This document shows positions 20,201-31,300 of a stretch of DNA of 64,000 nucleotides, piece by piece. The notes below the pieces were generated by a model. The model saw only the letters and a list, made by a program, of their open reading frames with translations, searched no databases and had not been told where the DNA came from. The translations under genes were made by a program, and so were the position numbers. The stretch spans positions 35,902 to 99,901 of the IMG/VR virus record IMGVR_UViG_3300003323_000541. One strand, 5' to 3'. Positions within the stretch are counted from its first letter, which is position 1. Each line of letters starts with the position of its first letter. The stretch comes from a virus.

Positions 20201-23200
20201 TTTTATGATACCCCTGAGGTGGAGTCTTCAAATATTGATGTTAACAATCAGCAAGTAGTAGATCTCTGTAAGAGGGTATTTGATCTTGTCTACCAATTAC
20301 CACCTGAAGAAAGTCAAGTGGTCCGTAAGGGTGAGACAGTAAAAGTGAAAGATGATTCACCAGAAGCTCCTTTAACAGATAAAAACGGAGTAACAAGACC
20401 TCGTAAAATATTAAACGTAGAAACCGAAGATGGACAGAAGATAGCTGTATTTGAAGGAGGAAGAAGAATACCTTTCTCTGAACTGGAATGGTCCGGAAAA
20501 AGAACTGCAGGTCCTGCTCAACATGCACTTAATCTTTTAGCTCTGTCAAACCTCACTGCAGGAGACTTTGGTCTTGCTCGTATTACCAGAGTTAAGGTTG
20601 GTGATAAAACCCAATATATCAGAACAGGTAAATCTCTGTTAGGAGACTCTACGGTAGGTATTAGTTCATTTACATTAAGACCTTATTTACAACGATTGGA
20701 GGGAAGAAGACAACGTCTTGATCCTTCCTATAAGCCTATATCATCTACAAGCGTTAATTTAATTAAGTCTCAATATTCCGAAGAAGAGTTTCAGAATTTG
20801 AGTACATTAGTTGGATCATTACCATCTTTATATGATCTTAAAATGCTTCTGGACTTTGATTCACAGACAGGAGACTCTGTAGTTAATCAAGGATTTGGTT
20901 TAAGAGTGCCTATTCCCAAATCTAAGAGAGTAGCAGATCAAAATGTTCCTCTTGATAAATTCGACAACCTTGAGGATTATTTAACTACCAATTTTGAAGG
21001 AGTTATCCCAACACAGGTTGTTATTGAGATTGATAATGATTCTGCTGTAATAGAAGATTCGAATCCTAAAACTTCTGAAGATGAAGAAAGATTAGGCGGA
21101 AGAGATATTGAAGATGATCTGTTTGGTTCATGGGGATCAAGATTATTAACCGAAGAAAGAGCAGAAGGTAAAGACCTTGGTTATGAACTTCAAACCAGAG
21201 AGGTTCTTAACTACATTAAATCATTACTTCCAAATATCAACGAATCTCAACTTAAATTCCTTAGCTCAACAGAAATGTTGAAGATAACCAAAGGGATTAA
21301 GGCATATGGCTTGTGGAGAGATGGAGTAATCTACTTACAAACTAATAAGGACAATAAGGTCAATACACGTGTTATAAGACACGAAGTATTCCATGAAGTA
21401 TATAATAATTACCTTACTAATAAAGAGCGCTCTAAGCTTCTTAAAATAGCTCGTAGGGACTATTCTCTAAATGATCAGACAGATGTTCAGGTGGAGGAAT
21501 TCCTTGCGGACAAATATCAGGAATGGGAAACAAAGAAAAGTAAGCCCACTTCATTTATAACCTCTATATTCAAGAAGATTAAAGATCTGTTCGATTTCAT
21601 CTTTAATAATAACTCTGTCATTGATCAATACTTTGATAAGATTGATTCTGGTTATTTTAACAAATATTCATTAGATCCGTTAAGAGGAGAAAGATACTCT
21701 TCACCGGTAGTGAAGAAATTTGATACTGTAGAAGGATTCAGAGAGGCTAAGAGATTGTTGTTGAAGAAACTTGACGACTATAAGAACCCTACAAAGCAGT
21801 CTGATTCTCATAATCAGTTTCCTGTAGTTGAATCGAAGTCCCAGCTGTTAAATGTCCCAATGACTACATCTGAGGCTATATACTACACTATGAGGGATAT
21901 TAAAGTTGGTCTATATACATTAACTGAAAGATATAAGGAAAGAGAAGGTCCATTAACAGAGAAAGAGAAACACAGACTTGATGCCCTCACACGTTTATCA
22001 GATCCTTCTGTATTTAAAGAAATGCTAAAGGATATTTATCCTACATATCAGAATGCTAATCTTTCTTTCATTGATAGACTTGACACTCATTTTGATCCTA
22101 ATAAATACATTAGTCAAGGTATAACAGAAGGTGAAACTACAGAAGACTTTGAGGATGAATGGGAAAATCTGGATGAAGATGTAGCCAATCTTTATGAGCA
22201 GATAGTAGAGGGTGATCGCATTAACTGGGAGAACAGGTTAACTGAATCTGTTAAACATTTCTTATCATCTATTCTTCTAAATGGAGAGCCTATTAATTCT
22301 AAACAAGCGTATGCTGTATTAGGAAGAGTTTTAACCAATATAACAGGTAATAGTGCATCTGAGAAGATCAAGCAAATCAAACAGGCTTTTCTTACTTTCA
22401 AATCACAAAGTAAGACTACTATAGCAATAGAGAATGAGCTTGTCAGACTGATATCATTCTTAGATGAAGAACAACCTGTTCCACAATTGAAGAAGATAGT
22501 TTCTAACTTTGGTACATTCAAATTCTCTGCAGAAAATTCTACCAATCTCGATTTGTTCGAATATCCAACCCAACGGTTAGTTAATGGTAAACTAGAACGA
22601 TATATCGTTAGAGTTAATAAATCAGGAACCGACTCTGCTGGTAATAAGATCAATATTGGAACATCTGCATTCTTTCGTAAAATAAAGAATTTGGTAGATC
22701 AGCACAATAAAGAGAATAATCTCAAAGATGAATTTGATTTAACAGATCTTAAGGTTCTTTATCTAAGGGCTTATTATGCTAACACTTTAAATGAGATGAT
22801 GGCATCTTTGAACTCTCTTAGAACAAAGAACGTATGGTATGGTCTTAAGACCTATGATTACGGTAAACCTAAATGGAGGTATAGTCCTTTTGAAAAAGAG
22901 ATTGATAAAGCTCTTCAATTAAGTGTTATCAAGGATAAATTATCTCAGAAATATCCTGTTCTCCAGAACTATTACAGGTCATATTATAACGTTAAATCTG
23001 CTCAAGATAAGAAGAACCATTTAAATAACCTTTTCAAAAGTCTTGGTCTTGGTAAAGGAGATATAGCGATGACCTACTCACAGGCTGTGACCATTCATGA
23101 AGATATACTTAGAATGGTAGATGAATTTGAGAACAGCAGGAAAGAGGCTAAATTAAATCCTAAGACAATTGAAAATGAGGACGGTGTAACAGTTGAGGTA

Positions 23201-26200
23201 CAACCTATCTTTTCAGATATATTGGAAAACTCCAACACCAGATTAGTTAATATTGCTAATGTCCTTTCTGCGAAGAACGACAGGTTCGAGAATGCTACAA
23301 CATATATAGGAGGGGATGGGAAACCCCGATGGTATTTAACGGCTTCTTCACAAGCTATAGATACGATGGTAAATATCATCAATCAACGAATATTACCACC
23401 TTATTTACGTAAGAACAGCTTCTATAAGTTCAATCCGATTAATCCGTCTTCTGGTCTTAATATCAATAAGGTATATTCTTATTTTGATCACGACTCTTTG
23501 AAGAATGACTTTAGTGGTTTCACTCAGTTATACAAAAGAGAGAAAGAGAAAGGGTGGTTGGACCGTAATTTCAATTTCCAGTTCCTGGCTGCTTTGTCTA
23601 ATATCAGTCAATTTGATGATAAGGTATACGCTCAACAGGTATTCACCATATCGAACAAACCAAATATATTAGGTGCGTTCATGAAGGTACTTGATGATAA
23701 TGCATTACGTAAATCTATTGGAATAGCTTTATTACAAGAGTCCGTAAGATCAGAAAAAGATATTAAGAATTATGATAAGAACCTTAACAAAAGTTATATC
23801 ATAGGTCAAGATAATAAGATAACAATTGAAGATGTTCGCAAAGCTCTGAACAATAATGAACTTACTGCAGAACAGTTACAGCAAATGTTGTCCACCGATA
23901 AAGGCTTCAATACACTATGGAGCTCATTAAAACTAGATAGAAGAGTTAACACAGTTCTATCTAAGCTTGAGAACGATTCTGTTGATATCGCAAAAATGAT
24001 GGTAGAACAGAAGATGATTTTCGATAGTCGTCTACCAAGTGTATATAATTCTTTATTACAGGACAGAGTATTCAACTTCCCAGGAACATTCAGGAAATAC
24101 AAGATTGAAACTGATACCTTCAATGACAGGAACAAAACAGAAGGGTATGATATTAAATATACCGAGATACTTCCTCTTGTAGATCTTTGGGTAAAAAATA
24201 ACTATATCAATAGCTTATTCCTCAATCAGCTTCTAACAGGAGATGAAGCTTACTTTAAAAATGCCGTAGATGAGATAAAACGTATGAGCGGTGCTCATGC
24301 TATTGGTCAGAAGGGTAATGTCATGGGTAAGTGGGGAATGAGAGAGAAGTTTAATGTTATTGTCGGAAAAGACATAAAGGACATCTTCAAAAGCGAATAT
24401 AAGGACGATCCAAGATTTCGACGACTATTAGAGAAATCTTTTGAATCTACAGATGGACAAGGATTCATGACTCCTGAAAGATATAACGATATTGTTAAAG
24501 GATTCGGACAATCTTTTAAATTAGGTAAAGTTCTTAAGCCTGTTCATTATGAGATAGATAAGGATGGTATTCCAAGATTCCTAAAGTATTCTTCTATTGT
24601 TCTTACAGATGAACTTGTTAAAGCTTTTCCTGATCTAAGAACCCTTAGAGATAAAATGCAAACTAATGGAATGCATGAAAACGATCTTCGGGTATTTACC
24701 GAGTTTATGAACAGAAAGCTTGGACAAGGTAATCCACTTAAATCCTATGAGCTTGATATACTAAATAGAATAATTGAGGACAATATTAATAGTGGAAATC
24801 ACGTTGATGAATTTGTATTTGAGACTGCTCTTAAAGTTGGTGTACCAAATAAAACTGTACCTGTAGAAGAGGAAAGACACACTGATTTCTCTTCAGCAAC
24901 TAAGTTCACCTTAAGTAACTATAATTATCGTATACAGCTTAATCCTAAGCACCATACAGATTCTCACGTAAAAACTCCCTCTCAGATCATCTATCAGCTT
25001 AATACTAATACCTTGAACCTGGATGCTGCTAATAGAGTTTATGGACTCTTGTCAAGACTAACGGACATGGGTTTAGAGAAGATGTCTGAGGTTCTTGGAA
25101 AGAAAGCAGGTATTGATAAGAACCAATTAAAGAAGGTGAAGGATACTATTGCTAGCAAGGTTAAATATTCTTCCACCGATAAAAGGTTTGCTGAACTTAT
25201 AAACAACAAGGATATTAGTATTAATTTTCCTTATATTGTCCGTAAAGCTATAGCAAGCCTCAATTCAATGGTATCCAATGCTACAGTGGGTACAGAGTTT
25301 TCTGGGACAAAGCTTGTATTAGAATCGGCATATGGAACAAGAACTCAGGATATAATGACTAAGAACGGTATTAGAAAATACCCAGAACTAGTAGTTGATC
25401 CTAAGAGTGGTGAATATTACATGGAATGTTATTTACCGGATATTGGTAATTTGAGAAAGAAGCTGAATATTTCAGATGAAGTATTCTTTGAAAGTAAAGA
25501 CCTCTCTACTTTATTTGGATTCCGTATCCCTTCTACAGAGCTTCACTCTGCAGTTCCGATTAAAGTTATTGGATTTTATCCTGTTGAAAAAGGATCAGAA
25601 GAGAATATTATCATTGCACCAAAAGAACTGGTTTTGCTTCATGGTTCAGACTTTGATGTGGATTCATTGTTTGCTATCAGAAAAGATCCTCTTACAAGAG
25701 ACCTTAATGACTATGATGGTAATGTAATATATAATACTGGTGATGTACTTCAGGGCTTTGAAACAATCAACAAGATTGAAGCCATGATCAAAGACTATTA
25801 TTCAGATCTATCAGCAGGGGATAAGAACTATAATGGTAAAGAAAAGGATAAGCTTACTTCTACTTTAAAGTCTCTGGATAAAGCTCTTGAAACAGCTATT
25901 AAGAACACCGTCATTAGTGAACTATTGGATATAATCCAATCTAGTAAGAACCTGGAATCAATGATGGCTCCTATCACTATGGACAGATTCAATGGTGATG
26001 CTATAGCGGGAGAAGAAAGGGTTATCCCTATGATCGAAAGGGTAACAGGTAAGAAGTTCACAGAACAATATGACTTAAAGAGATTACCTGATCAATTGAA
26101 GATGCACCAGGACAACTTCCTTGGTGTATCATTAACTGGACAGTTTGCTAATTATTTCAAAGCTTTAGCATATATTTTCCATTCAGTTGGTGAAAACGCT

Positions 26201-28345
26201 GATGTTCCGTTAAAGGATAAATATCATATCACCGTTGATGGATTTAAATATACATCTTTACATCGGACAGAAAGAACCAAAGATGGCGAATTAGAAGTTG
26301 TAATCAACGATCGTGGTGACAAACAGGTATATACTATATGGGAGACATTAGACTCCCTTATAAACGCTGCAATTGATAATGTGAAGGTTCAAATACTTCC
26401 CAAGATAAATGCTACTAATAATACAGCTAAAGGTCTTGTTTCCTTAATCGCAATGGGGGTACCTGTTCATACGGTAGTTAAGATTCTTTTACAACCCTCA
26501 ATAATGGAACTGTCCAAGGGAATTCAATTACCAATGTTAAAAGGTCAAATCAAGAACAAGCTCGCAATGTTAAAGCAAATTAATGTTGAAGAACTTCCTC
26601 TTGAGGATCATCTTAATAATACATCCATAACATCGGAAAATCTGGAAAGAGATATCAACAAAAAGATAGATGATATGAACTTTGAGGAACTTCTGTTCCA
26701 ATACTATCTGATTGATACATTCCAGACAGTTAGTGAGATGGGTGATTACATATCTAATACATCAGGATTTCTTAAGATATTAAAACACTTACCAAGCAAC
26801 TATGCGGATGTTCAGGATGTGATGGACAAGATTGATACTATTTATAAGGACACAGAAGCAGAGTCCAGAGAGTTCAAGGACAACTATCCATTCATAGGAG
26901 CAGATATCTTGTCTATTCCTCATATACAATCAGCATTTAAAACCATTAAAAAGCTTAAGACCAGACTAGAACAAATCTTCCTTGTAAACAATAAAGCTCT
27001 TATTGAATTCTCAAAGAAGATCAATCAAATAGTTAAGATTGGTTTAGCAGAACAAAACTATGACACCAACGAGAACCTTGCAAGAATTCGTGAAGAGTTC
27101 TTAAAATATATCCTCACTGGATATAAGGAAATAATCGACGGTAAGGAACTCTCAATGGATACAACTAATGAAAAACCATATAAAGGCTTTAAAGGTGTAG
27201 ATGCATGGGTTCAAAGATTCATTGATGAAACTCTAAGACCTGCTGTTGAGAATAATACAAATAACCTGTTCCTGTCCAATATAACCATTGAGAAGAGTGT
27301 TCGTAAGGGTGAACTATCCAAACAGTATATATCCTTCTTAAAAGGTTCACAAATGAACAATGATGAGCTTTATGAAATGGAAATATACTTCGATAAGCTA
27401 TCGGATGACGGTAAGATTAGTGATCTGCAATTAGGATTAATTAAATATGCTGTATTGACCCAAGGATTATCATTTGGAGCAAGAAGCTATACTGCAGTTA
27501 TCCCACCAAGATACTGGACTGGTATAAACCAATATATTGATAATCAATTATTGGACATCTTCGCGGATGAACAAAAAGGAGATTCGAAGTTCGATAACCT
27601 TTTAACACATTTTGCAGCTCAATTACTTTCGAAGAATACAGAAAGTCTTATTGATGAACGAATCAAAAAGAACATTGTTAAAACCGGTAATACAAAGATG
27701 GTTCGAGGTAAAGAAGCTTTCTTGTATCGTGGAAAAGACTCATATGGTTATTTTGATCTTAAGGTGAAAGGTGGTGGCTTTAAATCGTTCATCTCTCAAT
27801 ATGGGTCCATATATTATAATATTGGAGAAGTCGAGCAAGCAGGAGAGATTACTACATACTTCCAGAAAGTTAAGAATGAATATTCATCTGGACACTATCA
27901 GTTCAACAATGAACTATTTAAGAACGGATATGATATACAAAAGGTGTTTGGTAAGGACATACTTGCTGTTCAGCTTGATGAGCCATCAAGGACTATTGAA
28001 CTGACTAGAAGTGAATATACAGATTCCTATAGCTTCAAAGAAGGAATGGAAATCTATACACATTTAGCTTCTGATCCATTAAGACTTGAAATGAAGAAAC
28101 ATTATATATCTTCGGTTAGAGAGGTTGGTGATAAATATAAAATAAGCTTAACAGAAGGTGAACAAGTTGATCATTCTTTGAAACAAAAAGTCGTTTTTGA
28201 CGTATATAGTGAACTTGAGCATTTTTATAAATCTGTTAGCAATCCTTCTCTTGCTATCGAAGAAGCTACAGAAAGAATGAGAGAGCTCATTAATAGCGGA
28301 TTCTCAGAAAAAGAAGCATTAGATACAATTAAATGTAACCTGTAA
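14291..28345 (+). CDS. Giant virion-packaged RNA polymerase polyprotein (4684 aa) with SF1 helicase-like and zincin domains
   Basis: GSDFDVD catalytic motif (~25643) plus RIPS and STDGQG motifs; Walker A GTAGTGKS (~18146), LIILDE, GDPNQ, AQG, SRAK; HEVFH (~21380); N-terminal Gly-rich hydrophobic helices. Confidence 0.88.
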   Translation: MFELDELGNPIIDPLTGKPKVSMSSMQGITPGASNQSSIVDKGKSLFLGNIGEELGVESYDQQFADRLYQPSLTFSEQRTGDEVKERAEYDQKKKNDLYFDTDLNEQKAFNQTGMDQLANGLAKAFGIAGTTFAESLGGLPIGLYNVAVSGGQGSAFYDNDFTQTLDSFNEWMKEQFPNYYSSAEQKLGLGESLLTTNFWGDKFGNGLGYMAGSVLAAMATRGLSLGSNLTKSTQILRALGKDYAKIQRALQVGNLVQKEAQIVNLGNKIDKLIATGVSAIGESSVEARSTRNDIIQDLTTKRDSGDPRYSWMTDNDIIREADTAGNLSFGLNMALVGSSNFVQFGKLFSNKYDVARRLIADNVVKEGSEYLVRPSTMKNVFNIAKSPFVEAFQEGAQYWTEQTLSDYFENGTRGTDYAKQFLQSSVKGLEETLGSREGQESMLLGGILGGLFGGIGAVKENSDKKKKEFATANYLNQFGDLESIKPLVQSLANHNGYQTTLENSLLTDDQFNYENAKFGQTFNYIQSRIDAGRFDLLEDELNAYSQLPKDEFESTFSTELKAGETPANRVASIKKLAYRLDEISDMMDTRFPDVPSYLRNGMKYALATTENIDNRISDISNQIANYTGYIPSGADVALYNSIQKDVKEKISSLVRDWRDEVDFDKRIDIENQIKKLARTNVEITKKKLPQLTKGAVGTSFDDAVELGTFLNFFNRLDQFIQENPHISDDLVKKVNDITKLQQRREQFIKDYKDLVTEQGQRKMKKKIEEAIARITDPTVKPRLSNLSSEDYLDYENNRLGYIKDNRLELYKNTLNNSSKFAEDISLASTKDQKEQIGNEMMKQGVYIDPDLKKQLTDVHKSEEDRLNELGDRLQQIAQQGTPGFDEEGEETSIYTPEQELEVDSITKEMEALEAQQQRNRDFINRMESYSVAQQEVELTDGELRIKIAKEFIDKSNGILQNFELDEDYQDINSVKDQIGELKALRAIFSKRTDESLTKEEKVSVIASIDSVLEKLDNIKDEIEKRIENRERTNTELWEQTSVGTFSQLGYDLDNNMVNNEPLYNIIRTPIDAVDLGLVDNILSRSKQDKNVVLADYIKQKLSEYTKGDKKAFIAQIDSIYNEIYDDVIESKRIQSRDFSNKDKIISQYKLNPKRGFNELLKIIRDQMDLEVDSPFSVFIKDQNLPKFRRAIQKQDRTDSVVSSEEIINIIDNHQRLSDLYDLKTDINSDYSIIQEILDEQSIASKLKEGDLVPSKQQLIAIRETVKWYFTSKENEAFKNWAYLKGTAGTGKSSVISTWVKKLINLNNAEIYGVGHNDISSENINRLLGTSAKTSIADLLGKLRDNSLSDKTKLIILDEVAALSTRELIEIDNALIAHNKWRLDNKKNQVKILSLGDPNQITKYPTPPIENSSESFGEQGTLYSTEDFINITNISPLTIVYRTDVAPITEFANKFLQKKLDVRSEPVYVTSNVSNIDTAVASTGVYGAKEFKKDLLRYLNNQTLTDGKKRVVIVNPEDIDSYKNFIANAGIDLSKIEVIDPVDAQGRTIDEVFLSLESKGSVRSTVFYNPQMYVSSSRAKTFLMIGELNTINVFDADVAAKKEDRSKENTQRLNNFKEDRDKEKELLSDQIGNQTAKKTFAQKTEETNPKKDDQVKDPTEIEKEEDFEVTQEEIELAISSHETNDDIQSIEQSDVMQEPLANVKVSEGKKAHILSEPTSSSIAKENTPGVKAGDNVLFIKVRDTNIDNTKDVIKVVQKAEEEDEYRIVAVLNNNELNGPFSFLRSMLSTDSKRTIVEPIRTESGNIVIRKSNIDPVYKSKVVSARTLSYDYSSESVPLSQEEKERTIDKFMDTFFRKERRPQGLRYKVEMYTNNDIKKLRNNNKIPDEFIVDPGVPYIHITSPKAKGSKSFVTKDQFIRLSPAKYNINKHSELFTPLQDFISLASDLENITKQSIGDPLFNKAIRDVANGFYDTPEVESSNIDVNNQQVVDLCKRVFDLVYQLPPEESQVVRKGETVKVKDDSPEAPLTDKNGVTRPRKILNVETEDGQKIAVFEGGRRIPFSELEWSGKRTAGPAQHALNLLALSNLTAGDFGLARITRVKVGDKTQYIRTGKSLLGDSTVGISSFTLRPYLQRLEGRRQRLDPSYKPISSTSVNLIKSQYSEEEFQNLSTLVGSLPSLYDLKMLLDFDSQTGDSVVNQGFGLRVPIPKSKRVADQNVPLDKFDNLEDYLTTNFEGVIPTQVVIEIDNDSAVIEDSNPKTSEDEERLGGRDIEDDLFGSWGSRLLTEERAEGKDLGYELQTREVLNYIKSLLPNINESQLKFLSSTEMLKITKGIKAYGLWRDGVIYLQTNKDNKVNTRVIRHEVFHEVYNNYLTNKERSKLLKIARRDYSLNDQTDVQVEEFLADKYQEWETKKSKPTSFITSIFKKIKDLFDFIFNNNSVIDQYFDKIDSGYFNKYSLDPLRGERYSSPVVKKFDTVEGFREAKRLLLKKLDDYKNPTKQSDSHNQFPVVESKSQLLNVPMTTSEAIYYTMRDIKVGLYTLTERYKEREGPLTEKEKHRLDALTRLSDPSVFKEMLKDIYPTYQNANLSFIDRLDTHFDPNKYISQGITEGETTEDFEDEWENLDEDVANLYEQIVEGDRINWENRLTESVKHFLSSILLNGEPINSKQAYAVLGRVLTNITGNSASEKIKQIKQAFLTFKSQSKTTIAIENELVRLISFLDEEQPVPQLKKIVSNFGTFKFSAENSTNLDLFEYPTQRLVNGKLERYIVRVNKSGTDSAGNKINIGTSAFFRKIKNLVDQHNKENNLKDEFDLTDLKVLYLRAYYANTLNEMMASLNSLRTKNVWYGLKTYDYGKPKWRYSPFEKEIDKALQLSVIKDKLSQKYPVLQNYYRSYYNVKSAQDKKNHLNNLFKSLGLGKGDIAMTYSQAVTIHEDILRMVDEFENSRKEAKLNPKTIENEDGVTVEVQPIFSDILENSNTRLVNIANVLSAKNDRFENATTYIGGDGKPRWYLTASSQAIDTMVNIINQRILPPYLRKNSFYKFNPINPSSGLNINKVYSYFDHDSLKNDFSGFTQLYKREKEKGWLDRNFNFQFLAALSNISQFDDKVYAQQVFTISNKPNILGAFMKVLDDNALRKSIGIALLQESVRSEKDIKNYDKNLNKSYIIGQDNKITIEDVRKALNNNELTAEQLQQMLSTDKGFNTLWSSLKLDRRVNTVLSKLENDSVDIAKMMVEQKMIFDSRLPSVYNSLLQDRVFNFPGTFRKYKIETDTFNDRNKTEGYDIKYTEILPLVDLWVKNNYINSLFLNQLLTGDEAYFKNAVDEIKRMSGAHAIGQKGNVMGKWGMREKFNVIVGKDIKDIFKSEYKDDPRFRRLLEKSFESTDGQGFMTPERYNDIVKGFGQSFKLGKVLKPVHYEIDKDGIPRFLKYSSIVLTDELVKAFPDLRTLRDKMQTNGMHENDLRVFTEFMNRKLGQGNPLKSYELDILNRIIEDNINSGNHVDEFVFETALKVGVPNKTVPVEEERHTDFSSATKFTLSNYNYRIQLNPKHHTDSHVKTPSQIIYQLNTNTLNLDAANRVYGLLSRLTDMGLEKMSEVLGKKAGIDKNQLKKVKDTIASKVKYSSTDKRFAELINNKDISINFPYIVRKAIASLNSMVSNATVGTEFSGTKLVLESAYGTRTQDIMTKNGIRKYPELVVDPKSGEYYMECYLPDIGNLRKKLNISDEVFFESKDLSTLFGFRIPSTELHSAVPIKVIGFYPVEKGSEENIIIAPKELVLLHGSDFDVDSLFAIRKDPLTRDLNDYDGNVIYNTGDVLQGFETINKIEAMIKDYYSDLSAGDKNYNGKEKDKLTSTLKSLDKALETAIKNTVISELLDIIQSSKNLESMMAPITMDRFNGDAIAGEERVIPMIERVTGKKFTEQYDLKRLPDQLKMHQDNFLGVSLTGQFANYFKALAYIFHSVGENADVPLKDKYHITVDGFKYTSLHRTERTKDGELEVVINDRGDKQVYTIWETLDSLINAAIDNVKVQILPKINATNNTAKGLVSLIAMGVPVHTVVKILLQPSIMELSKGIQLPMLKGQIKNKLAMLKQINVEELPLEDHLNNTSITSENLERDINKKIDDMNFEELLFQYYLIDTFQTVSEMGDYISNTSGFLKILKHLPSNYADVQDVMDKIDTIYKDTEAESREFKDNYPFIGADILSIPHIQSAFKTIKKLKTRLEQIFLVNNKALIEFSKKINQIVKIGLAEQNYDTNENLARIREEFLKYILTGYKEIIDGKELSMDTTNEKPYKGFKGVDAWVQRFIDETLRPAVENNTNNLFLSNITIEKSVRKGELSKQYISFLKGSQMNNDELYEMEIYFDKLSDDGKISDLQLGLIKYAVLTQGLSFGARSYTAVIPPRYWTGINQYIDNQLLDIFADEQKGDSKFDNLLTHFAAQLLSKNTESLIDERIKKNIVKTGNTKMVRGKEAFLYRGKDSYGYFDLKVKGGGFKSFISQYGSIYYNIGEVEQAGEITTYFQKVKNEYSSGHYQFNNELFKNGYDIQKVFGKDILAVQLDEPSRTIELTRSEYTDSYSFKEGMEIYTHLASDPLRLEMKKHYISSVREVGDKYKISLTEGEQVDHSLKQKVVFDVYSELEHFYKSVSNPSLAIEEATERMRELINSGFSEKEALDTIKCNL

Positions 28346-28346
28346 T

Positions 28347-31300
28347 ATGACTTGTCCAAACAAGAATACATCCGAATATAAAGCTCTTTCTAAAAAGTAT
28401 GGAGATATACTTGCTACTGCTCTGTATTTCAAGAATAATGAAGATATACCTACATTAGATCAAGCTGAGATTCTACTTTCAACTACAGAGTTTTACAAGC
28501 AAGAACGAAAACTTCAATATGATTCTAAGAGAATAAACAGTGAAGAGGCTCGAAGACTTGCAGATAAAATGTCTTCCCGTCTGGGAGTACAATATCAAAT
28601 GCTGTCCTATGAGAAAGCAGCAGCTAAGTATCCATGGGTCACTAAAGGGACCAGAGGATTTTGGTTAGGAGAGAGTAATAAGGTGTATTTAATCGATGAT
28701 AATATAAATTCTGAGACAGTTCTCCATGAATTCCTCCATCCTTTTATAGAAAATATATTCCAAAAGAATCGAAGATTGTTCGTTAATCTAAAGAATCAAG
28801 CGTTAAAGATAAAGGAAGAAGGAGCATGGATAAACTATCTTGTTGAACATAACTATCGTAATCCTGAGAATAGAACCCATATATCCAATAATGAATGGAA
28901 GGAAATTATAACTACAATAGCAGGAAGAAAGGCTGATAGGTTATATACTACAGAAGAGCAAAAGAAGGCTTCTACGACATTATTTAATCGTGTGTGGGAC
29001 TATATTAAGGATTTACTTAAAAGTCTCTCTAGAAGCCTGGGAACGCGTTATAATGATATCTCAAATGATAGATACGCTAATCTAACCTTTGATGATATAG
29101 CAGAGCTAATAAATACGGATGATAAATTCGATTTATCCGGAGTAACAATGAAAGGTGCTCCGGCTTTTCAGTTTCAGGAAAAGCTTACATTAGGCGACAT
29201 AAAGAGTCAGTTCGATAAATTAGGACTAGAATTAGCAGAAGACGAGAAGGTCTATAAGGACAAACTTGGGAACACATACGAACGATTGACCGAATTTACA
29301 CAGAAAACTTTCTCTCCTAAATTTGAATATTTCGTAGATACTCCTGAGAAATACATGACTCGTAAATACTTCAAACAACAGAATGTTAATCCTGAGTCTG
29401 GTAAAGTTAAATGGACTGATGGTAAGGAATATACTTTTGAGGAACTTTCAAGAGAATACAAAATAATTGTTAATACGATAACTACACAAGGTACTGTAAC
29501 ACACAAGATAATTGAATGGCAAATTACAGGAGATGATCGTATTAAAAATGAAATTGACGAATTAATCACCGAGAAACCTGGTGAACAGAACCTCATTGAT
29601 CCCTCTCTGTTAAATGTTATAGTAGATAGCATTGAAGATATATTTGCTCTACTTCAACTTAACTTTAAACAAAACAGCAGGGAAATCGGAGGAGATGAAT
29701 ATCGGGATAAAGTTATACCTGAGATATCAGTATCCAGCAGTGCTCTTGGGATTGCTACTACAATTGACCTTTTAACAGAACACTATGATGGAGAGTTTTC
29801 AATCATTGATTGGAAAAGCGGATCTAATTTCTTAAAGGATGTTAACGATCCATACTTACTAAAGTTTGCTGAAGATCTCTATAATAGTGCTAATGATTCC
29901 AGATTATCCAGAGCAAAGCTGGAGGTAATGCTAAGAGCATTTATCCTAAAGGAAAATTTCCCGAATATTAGGTTCAAGAAATTATCCATTGCTCACCTGA
30001 ACAAAAAGGATATTGTCAATGAATATGAAATAGATGTACCAACCTATCTCCATATTATCGAAAATTTTGTTAAAGATAATAATAAGGATTTATATTCGAC
30101 ACTAAAAGAAAAGGGTTTATTTAATCCGACTAACTATAATGGATCGTCCATTAAGACCTTTGAAGAAAAAGATCTTGATAAGTTGTATCCAGAAACTAAG
30201 GATAGAATTAAATGGAGACAAGAACAATTAACCAGACTTCAATTATCATATCCAGAGTCCACACAAACTGTGGAACAGAAACAAGAAATAAGCAGATTAA
30301 CCGAACAAATACTTGAATTACAAGAAGGAGGTAATCGAATATATTATGAAGATGAGGCTTCTGTAGGTTTATTTAAAAGATGGCTAGGAACCCTCTATGA
30401 TATATCTAACCCATTAGTCCAGAAGTTCATACGTTATTGGCAAAGGAATAAGACCAAAGCTGAGAGGGAGATAAATGATTTCAAGCACGAGCATGAAGTC
30501 AAAATGAAAAAGGTATTAGATGAATACTACTCTAAGTTTCCTCAAAAGAAGCTTCTTAATAAAGGATTCATCGGAGGAATAGATTATATATCTAAGAACA
30601 GAGACGGTAGTGGTCTGTTTGATTTCTTTTGGATTTACAGAGATTACTTTGAGGGAGCAGGATGGTACAGAGTAACTGAATCAGATGATAAATGGTTAAC
30701 TCTAACAGAGGCTCAACGGGACTATCTTAGGTTCTATGAAAAGACCTTAACCAATAATTGGGTGAGGACCATGATAGATCAGAGTGCTTATGTAAATGGT
30801 AAGGAAGTATCTAAAGCTAAGTTAGAACAATTACCAGACTTATTGTCAAGAGATTTCGTTCCAAGGCTTACCCCTACAATGGAGGAAGTATTTGAAACGA
30901 AGGGAGTTAATAAAAAAGAAATAAAGAGAATGTGGTCCAAATCAATGGACAATTTCTTCGAGAGGTCTTATCCAACCAGTGAGCAGAATATTGGTGTACC
31001 GGTTAAATATATGGGATCAGCAGGAATAATATCCTCTGAGAACCATTCATTTAACGCTTATAATGCTTTACAGGTATTTACAACTAACATGATCAATAAA
31101 AGGAACATGGACGATGTATATGCTATGGGTAAGGGTATTAAGGCTATATTAGGACAAAAAGCAGACGATGCCGGAGATTCTGATAAGTTTAAGACATTGG
31201 AGAATTGGGTGGACCACTTTATCGATATAAACGTCATAGACCGCGAAAAGAGGTCTTCTATAAGACGTAAACCAATTAAGATAGGTAATAGATATCTAAG

